Of a stretch of DNA of 64,000 nucleotides, positions 1 to 8,948 are shown one piece after another. The stretch is from assembly GCA_022709735.1 (NCBI GenBank), contig JAKLIG010000001.1:128586-192585 (forward strand), read 5' to 3'. Source of the DNA: Patescibacteria group bacterium. GTDB taxonomy: Bacteria; Patescibacteriota; Minisyncoccia; Moranbacterales; UBA2206. The position numbers and the translations under genes are program-made. Below the pieces are notes generated by a model. The model did no database searches and had not been told where the DNA came from. It saw only the letters and a list, made by a program, of their open reading frames with translations. How positions within the stretch are numbered: position 1 is the stretch's first letter; every line of letters starts with the position of its first letter.

Positions 1-327
1 TTGTTCGCCCTTGGAATAATATTCTTCTGTTAATTCCGGCATGGCATTTTGTGCTTCAATTATTTCTTTTTGTTTTTCTTTAATTAATAAACTTATTTGT
101 TCTGGTTTTTGAGCAAAGAATATTTTTTTACCAAATTTTTGCGATTCGATAATTAACCCTGTCGCAATTAAATTATCTAGAAAATCATAAACGGAAGTTC
201 GATTCATTCCAATTTTTTTTGATATCTCTGTTGCGCCAATTCCGCCTGCGGATTCAAGGCATACCCCAAACACATCCTTCTCAGCCGGATGTAAATCGAA
301 TAAATTCAAAATCTTGTCTATTTTCAT
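1..327 (-). CDS. TrmB-like HTH transcriptional regulator (partial, runs off window start)
   Basis: Minus-strand ORF starting ATG at 327-325 (MKIDKILNLFDLHPAEKDVFGVCLESAGGIGATEISKKIGMNRTSVYDFLDNLIATGLI...), open to position 1; N-terminal wHTH pattern typical of TrmB family; not in ORF track because truncated by window edge. Confidence 0.55.
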   Translation of the reverse strand, partial: MKIDKILNLFDLHPAEKDVFGVCLESAGGIGATEISKKIGMNRTSVYDFLDNLIATGLIIESQKFGKKIFFAQKPEQISLLIKEKQKEIIEAQNAMPELTEEYYSKGEQ

Positions 328-412
328 ATTGTTGTGGAAATGTTTCAACAGCATTTACAATACAGATAAAAACCTTTAGTGTCAAGATAAGTAACAAATT
401 AAGAAAAAATAA

Positions 413-1426
413 ATGAAGAAAAAAATTATTGACGCCGGTCTGTTTGTGGGCTTATTAGTAGCTATTGGATTATTGGCTTATTCTTTTGTTTTTTTTCCAA
501 AGCACACGCAACCTGTTTCCATAAAAGAAAATGCGGAAAAAATAAAAATAGGTTATCTGCCAGTTTTGGTTAATTTGCCTTTGTTTGTTGCGATAGAGAA
601 TAAATATTTTGAAAAATATAATTTAGAAGTTGAAGCTATTGAAACTCAATCTCCTAATAATGTAATTGATGGCATAATTTCAGGTAATCTAGACGGTGCT
701 GGCGTTTTGGCTTACCCAGTTCTTTTTACGGCTGAAGAAAAATATCCAAATGAATTTAAAATTTTTGCTTCTGGAGATGAAACGGAAAGTGAATATGTTT
801 CTGCCATAATCACCCCAAAAGATTCTCCTATAAAAAAGCCGGAAGATTTGAAAGGAAAAAAAATCGGAGTTTATACTGGGTTGGTACAGGTAGTATTTTT
901 AAAAGGAATAATCGCCGGCATGGGCATGGATCCTGAAAAAGATATTGAAATTGTACAAATTGAACCCAGGCTACAGCTTCAAGCCCTAGAGTCTGGACAA
1001 TTTGATGCTTTGTCTACAGTTGAACCTTATCAAACTATTGCCAAAGGCCAAAATCTTACAAAAACGATAATCGAAAATCCTCGAGTTAAATATATACAAA
1101 ATCCTTTTCCTTCAGTAGCTACTCCGGTTTCCAGTGAATTTATTAAAAATAATCCTAAAGCAACCAGAGCTTATTTGCTGGCTATTCGTGACGCAATTGA
1201 TTTTATAAAGAACCATCCCGAGGAAGCTAAAGCGTATCTGGCTAAATATACGCCAATAAATGAAGAGGATGCGCAAAAAACAAATATCTTAAAATTTAAC
1301 CAGTTTGGCGAAGAAAATAAGGATGACATACAAAAAAATGCTGATTGGATGTTTGAGCAAAAATTATTAGATAAAAAAATTAATATTCTTGATATGTTTG
1401 GTAATATGGAATTATTGCAACAATAA
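413..1426 (+). CDS. ABC transporter substrate-binding protein, NitT/TauT (NMT1/SsuA-like) family
   Basis: N-terminal TM/signal anchor, periplasmic-binding-protein-like sequence (IKIGYLPVLVNLPLFVAIE...), immediately followed by cognate ATPase and permease. Confidence 0.65.
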   Translation: MKKKIIDAGLFVGLLVAIGLLAYSFVFFPKHTQPVSIKENAEKIKIGYLPVLVNLPLFVAIENKYFEKYNLEVEAIETQSPNNVIDGIISGNLDGAGVLAYPVLFTAEEKYPNEFKIFASGDETESEYVSAIITPKDSPIKKPEDLKGKKIGVYTGLVQVVFLKGIIAGMGMDPEKDIEIVQIEPRLQLQALESGQFDALSTVEPYQTIAKGQNLTKTIIENPRVKYIQNPFPSVATPVSSEFIKNNPKATRAYLLAIRDAIDFIKNHPEEAKAYLAKYTPINEEDAQKTNILKFNQFGEENKDDIQKNADWMFEQKLLDKKINILDMFGNMELLQQ

Positions 1427-1428
1427 AA

Positions 1429-2163
1429 ATGTCTTATATAGAAATAAAAAATATATGGAAATATTTTCAAAACAATGTTATTTTGAAAAAAATTAATTTG
1501 AAAATTGAAAAAGGAACATTTATTTGCATTTTTGGTCCTAATGGTTGCGGAAAAACAACTCTGCTTAACATAATTGCTGGCATATTAATACCTGATGCTG
1601 GATATGTTTCTATTGATGGAAAAAAATCTAATGATAATATTATCGGCTATATTTTCCAGGATTATAGGGAATCGCTTCTCCCGTGGAAAACAAATTTAGA
1701 AAATATCGCTTTCCCTTTGGAACTTAGGGGAATTTCTAAAAAAGAACGAAATACAAAAGTGCGGGATATTGTGAAAAATTTGAATCTTCGGATACCTTTG
1801 GATAGTTATCCTTATCAAAGTAGTGGCGGGGAACAGCAGTTAGTCGCGTTGCTTCGAGAAATAATCGCCGAGCCAAAAGTTATTTTAATGGACGAACCAT
1901 TTTCTTCTTTGCACTGCAAAAGCCGAGATTATTTGAAAATAGAAATTCAAAAAATTTATAAAAAACTGGGCTTGACTATTATTTTTGTATCTCATGAAAT
2001 TACCGAAACAATGCAATTGGCCGATCGCATCATTGTTATGAAAAAATACCCTGGAGAAATAATCAATATACTAAATATAAATTTTCCAAGACCCAGAACA
2101 GAAGAACTAGTCTTTTCAAGCGGATTTTCTGATATTAGAGAAATTTTAAGATCACAAATTTAA
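1429..2163 (+). CDS. ABC transporter ATP-binding protein (NitT/TauT family)
   Basis: Walker A GPNGCGKTT, ABC signature SGGEQQ, Walker B ILMDEPFSSL. Confidence 0.85.
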   Translation: MSYIEIKNIWKYFQNNVILKKINLKIEKGTFICIFGPNGCGKTTLLNIIAGILIPDAGYVSIDGKKSNDNIIGYIFQDYRESLLPWKTNLENIAFPLELRGISKKERNTKVRDIVKNLNLRIPLDSYPYQSSGGEQQLVALLREIIAEPKVILMDEPFSSLHCKSRDYLKIEIQKIYKKLGLTIIFVSHEITETMQLADRIIVMKKYPGEIINILNINFPRPRTEELVFSSGFSDIREILRSQI

Positions 2164-2167
2164 CTAT

Positions 2168-2908
2168 ATGAAATTATTTTACAAAATATCTGTTTTGATA
2201 TTTTTTTTAGCTTTATGGTTTTTTATTAACCAGAATCATTTAATCAAGCCTATATTTTTACCAAAAATAACCGCTGTTTTTTCTTCTTTGCAAGAAATAA
2301 TTTTTTCTGAATATGGATTAAAAAACATTTTTTCAACCTTAGGGCGAGTTTTAATCGGATTTTTTATCGCGCTTAGCTTTTCTGTCCCGCTTGGAATATT
2401 CTTGGGAGTTTTTAAAAAAATTTACGAATCCCTGGAGTGGTTTATTGATTTTTTTCGTTCTATTCCAGTAACTGCAATGTTTCCGCTTTTTTTAATATTT
2501 TTTGGATTTGGCGATGCTTCAAAAATAGCCATGGGTGCTTGGGCTTGTGGATTTATCATTTTAGTAAATACCATTAGCGGAGTTTGGAATTCCAAGCCGA
2601 ATCGAGAAATTATGGCTAAAACTAAAAAGGCCAGTTATTTTCAAATTTTAACCAAGATTACATTCTTTGAAGCTTTACCTTTTATTTTCACGGGCATAAA
2701 AATAGGTGTTTCTTGGAATCTTATCGTTGTAATTGTAGCGGAAATGTTTATTGGCACTCGCTATGGATTAGGTCGTTTAATTTATGATTCAAGTATAACA
2801 CTGGATACGCCGATGGTATTTTCTGGGATAATTATAATCGGTTTGATCGGATATTTTTTAAACCAATTTATTCTTATACTTGAGAGAAAAATTATTCACT
2901 GGCAATAA
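2168..2908 (+). CDS. ABC transporter permease (NitT/TauT family, SsuC-like)
   Basis: Six predicted TM helices, BPD-transporter-like conserved loop, third gene of transporter operon. Confidence 0.75.
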   Translation: MKLFYKISVLIFFLALWFFINQNHLIKPIFLPKITAVFSSLQEIIFSEYGLKNIFSTLGRVLIGFFIALSFSVPLGIFLGVFKKIYESLEWFIDFFRSIPVTAMFPLFLIFFGFGDASKIAMGAWACGFIILVNTISGVWNSKPNREIMAKTKKASYFQILTKITFFEALPFIFTGIKIGVSWNLIVVIVAEMFIGTRYGLGRLIYDSSITLDTPMVFSGIIIIGLIGYFLNQFILILERKIIHWQ

Positions 2909-2914
2909 AATAAA

Positions 2915-2936
2915 AAACCGGCCAAAGGCCGGTTTT
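2915..2936. terminator. Rho-independent, bidirectional terminator between convergent genes
   Basis: aaaaccggcc-aaa-ggccggtttt perfect GC stem flanked by A/T runs. Confidence 0.7.
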
Positions 2937-2955
2937 CAAAACCTAAAAAATTGAA

Positions 2956-3615
2956 TTATTTCTTAAACACCAAAAACTTATATCCCAAGAAATTCCAAAC
3001 TAGTCCAACGATTGAGCCAAAAGCTGCGCCGATGAGTCCCCACTGGTCATAATTCATTCCGGAGAACGGATGGATATATTTGAAAACAAAAGAGGCAACG
3101 GCGACATTGATAATGAATCCAACTATGCTCACAATGAAGAACTGGACGAATTCTGATTTTTTTCCGCCCTTTTCTCCAAAAGTCCAATATTTATTCCAAA
3201 AATAACTATTAATATTAGCGACGGTAAAGGACAAAGCTTTATATAAAGAATATACACTAACAACCAAAACACCAAGGCTTAACAAGATGTCTGTAGAGCT
3301 AATCTCAAAATATTTTTTAAGATAAATTGTCAAAAGAGTGAGCACTCCAAAATCAACCAAAACATTCAAAACTCCGGTGACAACAAATTTCCCGAGTTGC
3401 CAGATGAGCGGAATTTTTTTTCCGATAAGGTGAGCGATGGCAAGTCCAAGCGGAGTGCCAATCAGAAAAAATGGAAGGATAGCCATTTTTAACCGAATAT
3501 AAAGATCCGGTTTAGCGACCGCTAAAACCGGCATAAACATAAGACCGATTAAGAAACCGGATAAAATTCCTAGCCAAAAATCTTTTTTAGGCATCGCTTC
3601 TGAATTTATTTTCAT
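2956..3615 (-). CDS. GtrA-family membrane protein (polysaccharide synthesis associated)
   Basis: Polytopic membrane protein; C-terminal half carries GtrA-type pattern incl. NSYFWNKYWTFG. Confidence 0.55.
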   Translation of the reverse strand: MKINSEAMPKKDFWLGILSGFLIGLMFMPVLAVAKPDLYIRLKMAILPFFLIGTPLGLAIAHLIGKKIPLIWQLGKFVVTGVLNVLVDFGVLTLLTIYLKKYFEISSTDILLSLGVLVVSVYSLYKALSFTVANINSYFWNKYWTFGEKGGKKSEFVQFFIVSIVGFIINVAVASFVFKYIHPFSGMNYDQWGLIGAAFGSIVGLVWNFLGYKFLVFKK

Positions 3616-4319
3616 AAAACTTCCGAATTTTCTGTTGAGTTATTATTCAATTCTTTTTTTAGCTCTTCCAGATCCGGCGTCCATTCGTCAATAATTGTAG
3701 AGTCGTTTGATTTGGCTGGCGCATCTTCTTTCAAAATTTCATCAATATTTTTTCTCTCTCTTGGTAAATGTGATTCCTTTTCTCTTCCTTTTTGCAGCAC
3801 ATTTTCAATTGAACCCCAATCGGAAGAAATATTTTTTGGAATAACTAAAGTGACTTCATCTCCTGGCTCTACTTTGAAATAGGTGATGGAAGCCAAGAGA
3901 ACTTTGTAAGCCTTGCCTTCGGCCGCCACAAAATAGTCGCCTTGGGCGTCAAGGCTGGCAACACCGATAACTCTTTTTCGATCAGTCGGTCCGATTTGTT
4001 TATATATGAAAGACCCGTCAGGAGTGATGGTGAGTTTGAGCATATCTCCTTCAACGAGTTTTGATTTCGAAGCATAGTTGGCCGGCACGGGATATTGCTT
4101 GCCGTCAGTGCCGATCATAATTTGTCCGTCAAAAGTTCCTTCAACAATTCTGCCTTCTTCCAAATCTTCTTCACTTATTTTTTTTCTTCGGCCAACTTTC
4201 TTTTTTCCTTCAAGTTGAAGAAGCATTGACTTGGCGCCTTGCAAAGTTTTTTCCGCCGCATAAATCATCTCGCGAAGCGCTTGAACTTTTTCATTTGTTT
4301 TTTCGTCTTTTTCTTCCAT
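3612..4319 (-). CDS. Hypothetical protein (charged termini, central beta-rich domain)
   Basis: 235-aa ORF translationally coupled (4-nt overlap) to the GtrA gene; no recognisable motif. Confidence 0.4.
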   Translation of the reverse strand: MEEKDEKTNEKVQALREMIYAAEKTLQGAKSMLLQLEGKKKVGRRKKISEEDLEEGRIVEGTFDGQIMIGTDGKQYPVPANYASKSKLVEGDMLKLTITPDGSFIYKQIGPTDRKRVIGVASLDAQGDYFVAAEGKAYKVLLASITYFKVEPGDEVTLVIPKNISSDWGSIENVLQKGREKESHLPRERKNIDEILKEDAPAKSNDSTIIDEWTPDLEELKKELNNNSTENSEVL

Positions 4320-4430
4320 TTTTTCTTTTTATGTTTGTATTACAAAATAATTATACAATTGTATTAGAAGATATGCAAGGCATTGTTTTGCACAGTCAAT
4401 GTTAGAAAACAGAGTTCACCAAAATAAGCC

Positions 4431-5174
4431 TTATTTTTTCATTTTTTTCCATTTACGGCTTTCGAAAAGAGATGAATACAAATCATCTTTCAAATTTATT
4501 CTAAGATTTTTAATTTCTCTTGAAGTCGGATTCCCATTTTTGAATTTTAAAAAAGACACATCTTTAATAATTGCAATTGGAGTTTGTTCATTTCCTTCGC
4601 CCATTACTAATACCGCAGAAGAAGCAAGAGCATCATAAACATTAGCCTTAGTTACATTCAAACGTTTATTAAAAATATCTTTTTTCCCGATATAGTTATT
4701 AAGCGGAGAAAATCCACTGAAAGCAATGGATACCCCAGAGGTTCCCCAGCGAAGCGGAGTTGTTTTACTATCGGTAATTATTATTCCCAATTTTTTTAAT
4801 CTAAATTTTTTCTTTAGATATCTTCTTATTTCATTTGCTGTTTTCTGAGGATTTTTAGGCCAAAGAATAAAATATCCATTTCCATTTGATTCATCAATTC
4901 CAGCGGTGGGGATCAATAAGTTATTTTTAATTGTTATAACTATCCCGTATTTGCTTTTTTTAGAATCGTCCAAAATAAAGTCCGCTTCTTTTTCAATAAG
5001 TTCGTATTTATTAATTTTATCTGATTTAACTATTCTTCTTTCGCAAATAGCGACTATCTTTGAAGTTATAGCAATAATCGACCCCTCTTCAATAAACGAA
5101 ATATATTTGTCTAAAATATCAAACAAATTATCACCCAGAATAATTTTATGAGTTTTTACCGATTTAATTTTCAT
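4431..5174 (-). CDS. Coenzyme F420-0:L-glutamate ligase-like (CofE/FbiB family) protein
   Basis: IIAITSKIVAICERR and PTAGIDESNGNGY motifs characteristic of CofE-type gamma-glutamyl ligases. Confidence 0.6.
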   Translation of the reverse strand: MKIKSVKTHKIILGDNLFDILDKYISFIEEGSIIAITSKIVAICERRIVKSDKINKYELIEKEADFILDDSKKSKYGIVITIKNNLLIPTAGIDESNGNGYFILWPKNPQKTANEIRRYLKKKFRLKKLGIIITDSKTTPLRWGTSGVSIAFSGFSPLNNYIGKKDIFNKRLNVTKANVYDALASSAVLVMGEGNEQTPIAIIKDVSFLKFKNGNPTSREIKNLRINLKDDLYSSLFESRKWKKMKK

Positions 5175-5183
5175 ATTTTTACT

Positions 5184-5819
5184 TTAATTTTTCTTAAGCC
5201 ATTTGACTCCGGCATAAACAACTGGAGTTTCAAAAACGGAAACTAAACATTTTAGTATCCAATAAGGAATTATAAGTCCAAAAAGAAAAACAACATTATT
5301 TGCGAGGGGTTTGTCCAGAGAATAGAAAGCAAATAAATAGAAAATACTGGTATCGAAAAATTGAGCGATAAAATTTGAAACATTGTTTCTTAACCACAAA
5401 GATTTCTCTTTCATCATTTCTCTTATTTTGACGAAAACTAACACATCTAGATATTCCGCAACGAAAAAGGCGATCAAGCTCGATATAGATATTCTAATAG
5501 AAACTCCGAATATATTTTTATAGGCGGATTGATTTTCGGAAAATCTTTGAGAAGGAGGAAGGCTTATTGCTAAAAAAGAAAACAGAATCAAGAAAACAAT
5601 CATAATAAGTCCGGATTTAATTATACTTTTTGTTCTTTCTTTTCCGTATACTTCAGCAATAATATCATTAACAGTAAAAATAAAAGGCATCAAGAATATA
5701 GCAACGCTTGCACTGAATTTTCCTATCAATGGAAAAGTTTTAGCTCCCATTAATTCGGAAACTATTATGCAAAAAATGTAGAGAGAAATTAGAAAGTCAA
5801 GCTTATTTATTTTTAACAT
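5184..5819 (-). CDS. Queuosine-precursor transporter-like membrane protein (YhhQ/VUT family, DUF165)
   Basis: ~210 aa, 6 TM, FTVNDIIAEVYG motif resembling YhhQ family. Confidence 0.5.
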   Translation of the reverse strand: MLKINKLDFLISLYIFCIIVSELMGAKTFPLIGKFSASVAIFLMPFIFTVNDIIAEVYGKERTKSIIKSGLIMIVFLILFSFLAISLPPSQRFSENQSAYKNIFGVSIRISISSLIAFFVAEYLDVLVFVKIREMMKEKSLWLRNNVSNFIAQFFDTSIFYLFAFYSLDKPLANNVVFLFGLIIPYWILKCLVSVFETPVVYAGVKWLKKN

Positions 5820-6065
5820 ATTGTTTTTAAAATTAAAAAATTAGATAAATAAAAATCCGTCGAGCGGATTAACATTTACTAAATAAGCACAAAAATCCAT
5901 TCTCGACAAATTAAGTCAATGGATATATATCGTTAAAACTGGACCAAGTTTTTTTATTTTTTCTCAAAAGCATAGTTAAATTCTATCAAGAGTGGATTTT
6001 TTTGTCAATTTTGACACTTCGGATTTTTAGTGCTAATCTATAAATTAGTTCAAACTTACGAATTA

Positions 6066-6085
6066 CCTGCCTGCCGGCAGGCAGG
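6066..6085. repeat. GC-rich 20-bp perfect palindrome CCTGCCTGCCGGCAGGCAGG (copy 1 of dispersed family)
   Basis: Perfect palindrome in AT-rich spacer upstream of typA, flanked by CGAAT direct repeat; near-identical copies at 30941-30963 and 35617-35634. Confidence 0.8.
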
Positions 6086-6185
6086 CGAATCAACTATTAT
6101 TATACTAATCGTATTGATAAGTATTTTAAGAATACTTTTTTTTATTGGTATATTAGTAATAAATTAGTAATTAGTAGAGAATATT

Positions 6186-7985
6186 ATGGAAATTCGAAAC
6201 ATTGCTATTATCGCGCATGTTGATCATGGCAAAACAACAATTACCGACGCTCTAATGAAACAAACCGGAATGGTGAGTGAAGAAGGAGCGACAATGGACA
6301 CAAACGCCCTCGAAAAAGAGCGCGGTATTACGATTTATGCTAAAAATGCTTGTCTTTTTTATAAAGATACGAAAATCAATATCGTAGACACTCCGGGGCA
6401 TGCTGATTTTGGAAGCGAAGTAGAAAGAGTTTTACGTTCAATTGACAGCGTGCTTTTGGTCGTTGACGCGCAAGAAGGCCCAATGCCACAAACTCGATTT
6501 GTGCTCAAAAAATCACTGGAGCTCGGACTTCGTCCGATTGTAGTAATAAACAAAATAGACAAACCTGCCGCTGATCCAGCCATGGCGCAAGAAAAAGTTT
6601 TTGAATTATTTTTAGATTTGGGCGCCAGCGACGAACAATTGGATTTTGAAACAATTTATACGATTGGAAAACAGGAGATTGCTAAAATGCATTTGGATGA
6701 TGAAAGCCAGAATATGAATCCGCTTTTGGATTTAGTTTTGGAAAAAGTTTCACCGGCTGATGCAAAAAAAGACATTCCTCTTCGCGCCCAGCCTTTCAAT
6801 TTGGGTTATGATAATTTTTTGGGGCGTCTCGCCATTCTTCGAATTTATGAAGGAACAATTAAAAACGGAAGCAATTTGTATCTTAAGAAAATAAATGGTG
6901 AGATAAAAAGTGGAAGGATAACTAAGCTTTTTAGTTTTCACGGAATGGAACGGCGAGAAATTGAAGAATCAATTGCTGGAGACATTGTGATGATGTCTGG
7001 TTTTCCGGATATTGAAATAGGCGATACGATTTGTGAAGATCAAAACCAAGAAATTTTACCGGCCATTTCAATTGATGAGCCGACCATTTCACTTAGATTT
7101 TTGGCGAACGATTCGCCCTTTTCCGGGAAAGACGGAAAATTTGTGACGACCAAACAAATCAGAGAAAGATTGGAAAAAGAATTGGAAATAAATGTTGGGC
7201 TAAAAATTGATTTTACTTCTTCGGAATTTTGGAAAGTTTATGGCCGAGGCGAACTTCACATCGCGATACTTTTGGAAAATATGCGACGCGAAGGTTATGA
7301 AATTCAGGTTTCGCAACCGCAGGTGATTATAAAAGATATTGATGGGATAAAATCAGAACCGTTTGAAGAAGCGACGATTGATGTTCCAACAGAAATGTCC
7401 GGTTCAATTATTGAAACGCTTGGGAAAAGAAAAGGAATTATGGTTGATATGCAGACGCATGGAAATATAACGCGAATGATTTTTGAAATTCCAACGCGCG
7501 GAATTTTGGGATATCGCGGACAATTTGTTATGGATACAAAAGGTCTTGGAATTATGTGTTCGCGCGTGATTGGATTTCGACCATACGCTGGAGAAATTTC
7601 CAAACGCGAAGTTGGTTCAATGATTTCGATGGCTTCCGGAAAAGCACTTGGTTTTTCATTGGCGAATCTTCAACAAAGAGGCACGCTTTATATTGGCCCT
7701 GGAATGGAAATTTATGAAGGCATGGTGATTGGCAATGTATCAAAAGGTGAGGATATGGCAGTCAACCCGACCAAAGGAAAGCAAATGAGTAACATGAGAT
7801 CATCTGGCGCCGATGAAGCGATTCATCTTGTCCCGCCGATGAATTTGAATATTGAACGAGGCTTGGAAATTATGGCGGAAGACGAATATCTTGAAATCAC
7901 TCCGCATTCGGTGCGACTTCGAAAAGAATTTTTGACGGAAGTTGATAGAAATCGCGCGGGGAGGAAAAAAAATAATAATTCTTGA
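6186..7985 (+). CDS. typA: Translational GTPase TypA/BipA
   Basis: AHVDHGKTT G1 motif, DTPGHADF G3, NKIDK G4, full-length 599 aa with EF-G-like C-terminal domains. Confidence 0.95.
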   Translation: MEIRNIAIIAHVDHGKTTITDALMKQTGMVSEEGATMDTNALEKERGITIYAKNACLFYKDTKINIVDTPGHADFGSEVERVLRSIDSVLLVVDAQEGPMPQTRFVLKKSLELGLRPIVVINKIDKPAADPAMAQEKVFELFLDLGASDEQLDFETIYTIGKQEIAKMHLDDESQNMNPLLDLVLEKVSPADAKKDIPLRAQPFNLGYDNFLGRLAILRIYEGTIKNGSNLYLKKINGEIKSGRITKLFSFHGMERREIEESIAGDIVMMSGFPDIEIGDTICEDQNQEILPAISIDEPTISLRFLANDSPFSGKDGKFVTTKQIRERLEKELEINVGLKIDFTSSEFWKVYGRGELHIAILLENMRREGYEIQVSQPQVIIKDIDGIKSEPFEEATIDVPTEMSGSIIETLGKRKGIMVDMQTHGNITRMIFEIPTRGILGYRGQFVMDTKGLGIMCSRVIGFRPYAGEISKREVGSMISMASGKALGFSLANLQQRGTLYIGPGMEIYEGMVIGNVSKGEDMAVNPTKGKQMSNMRSSGADEAIHLVPPMNLNIERGLEIMAEDEYLEITPHSVRLRKEFLTEVDRNRAGRKKNNNS

Positions 7986-8084
7986 CAAATTTTAAAAGCT
8001 ACATAAATATATAATTTATAGTTCTTTTTGATTTAGGAAAAAAGCAAACAACAAACTTTTAAACAAGAAGGAGAAAAGTCGGTT

Positions 8085-8189
8085 ATGGAAAAAAAAATGG
8101 ATATCTTAATGAAGTTTAGCGCCCTTATTTTCTTGGGTGCTATTGTTTTGATTTCTCTCGCTGGCATGTTTAGTAAATTTTACTTCTAA
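8085..8189 (+). CDS. Small hydrophobic peptide (34 aa), un-called micro-ORF
   Basis: AAGGAG Shine-Dalgarno about 10 nt upstream of ATG 8085; MEKKMDILMKFSALIFLGAIVLISLAGMFSKFYF single TM; followed directly by strong terminator. Confidence 0.45.
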   Translation: MEKKMDILMKFSALIFLGAIVLISLAGMFSKFYF

Positions 8190-8206
8190 AGAATATGCCA
8201 GCCGCC

Positions 8207-8247
8207 AAAACTCGTTCAGCAGATATCTGCTGAACGAGTTTTTTTAT
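8207..8247 (+). terminator. Rho-independent terminator
   Basis: aaaactcgttcagcagatatctgctgaacgagttttttt: 13-bp perfect stem plus T-run. Confidence 0.8.
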
Positions 8248-8352
8248 TGGAATGTTTTAACTTTAATACTTGAGGACAGACTGTGCATAACTTTTTAAAA
8301 ACTGCCTAAAATAGGCGGTTTTTTTTGATATTTTTTAAGTGGCAAGAAAGTG

Positions 8353-8381
8353 TTGACCGATGAAGCGTGGTGGAGTAAAAT
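8353..8381 (+). promoter_or_regulatory. Sigma70-like promoter of the mraZ/dcw operon
   Basis: TTGACC -35, exact 17-nt spacer, TAAAAT -10; about 130 nt upstream of mraZ start. Confidence 0.55.
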
Positions 8382-8418
8382 AGATTTGTAGTATATAAAA
8401 GTGGTGAAAAGTGGAGAA

Positions 8419-8506
8419 TTACGAACTACGAAATTAATACGAAAGTACGAAAATACGAAAAGGGATTTTGAAATGTTTCGTATTTCGTTAATTTCGTAGT
8501 TCGTAA
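8419..8506. repeat. 88-bp inverted repeat built from TTACGAACTACGAAATTA/TACGAAA units, candidate mraZ operator
   Basis: Arm 8419-8437 TTACGAACTACGAAATTAA is the exact reverse complement of 8488-8506; inner TACGAAA direct repeats; lies between promoter -10 and mraZ ATG; the 18-mer recurs at 9510 and 24652. Confidence 0.75.
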
Positions 8507-8513
8507 ATAATTT

Positions 8514-8948
8514 ATGTTTATTGGCGAGTATCAACATTCTATTGATCCGAAAAAAAGATTGGCAGTGCCATCGAAGTTTCGAAGTGATTTGAAAAATAAA
8601 GTCGTGGTAACGAAAGGACTGGATAAGTGTCTCATCATCTATCCAATGAAAGTTTGGCAAGAACTGGCAGAAAAACTCGGAACACTTCCGATTGGAGAAT
8701 CCGCCACGCGAAGTTTTGTTCGTTCAATGCTAGCTGGCGCAGTGGATTGCGAGATTGACAAGCAAGGAAGAATTTTGATTCCAGATTTTTTGCGCGAATA
8801 TGCGGCGCTTGGCAAGAATGTCATCATCGCCGGAGTGTATAATCGCTTAGAAATTTGGGACGAAAAGAAATGGAATGGATACAAGAAGAATGCGGAAAAA
8901 AATACGGATGAAATTGCAGAACAACTGGGTAAATTGGGAGTATATTAG
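8514..8948 (+). CDS. mraZ: Transcriptional regulator MraZ
   Basis: MFIGEYQHSIDPKKRLAVPSKFR... two MraZ/SpoVT-AbrB repeats, first gene of dcw cluster. Confidence 0.9.
   Translation: MFIGEYQHSIDPKKRLAVPSKFRSDLKNKVVVTKGLDKCLIIYPMKVWQELAEKLGTLPIGESATRSFVRSMLAGAVDCEIDKQGRILIPDFLREYAALGKNVIIAGVYNRLEIWDEKKWNGYKKNAEKNTDEIAEQLGKLGVY

Noticed and set aside
219-416. Plus-strand 65-aa ORF at window start
   Set aside because: Lies antisense to a much better supported TrmB-like HTH gene (minus strand, 1-327) and has no SD or motif.
4399-4638. Plus-strand 79-aa ORF
   Set aside because: Antisense to the CofE-like gene end; no SD.
5990-6045. gtcaa-tt-ttgac and other short inverted repeats upstream of typA as regulator sites
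   Set aside because: 5-6-bp stems are expected by chance in AT-rich DNA; reported only the exceptional GC palindrome there.
6359-7988. Several 60-100-aa antisense or alternative-frame ORFs inside typA
   Set aside because: Fully contained in a highly conserved GTPase gene; no independent signals.
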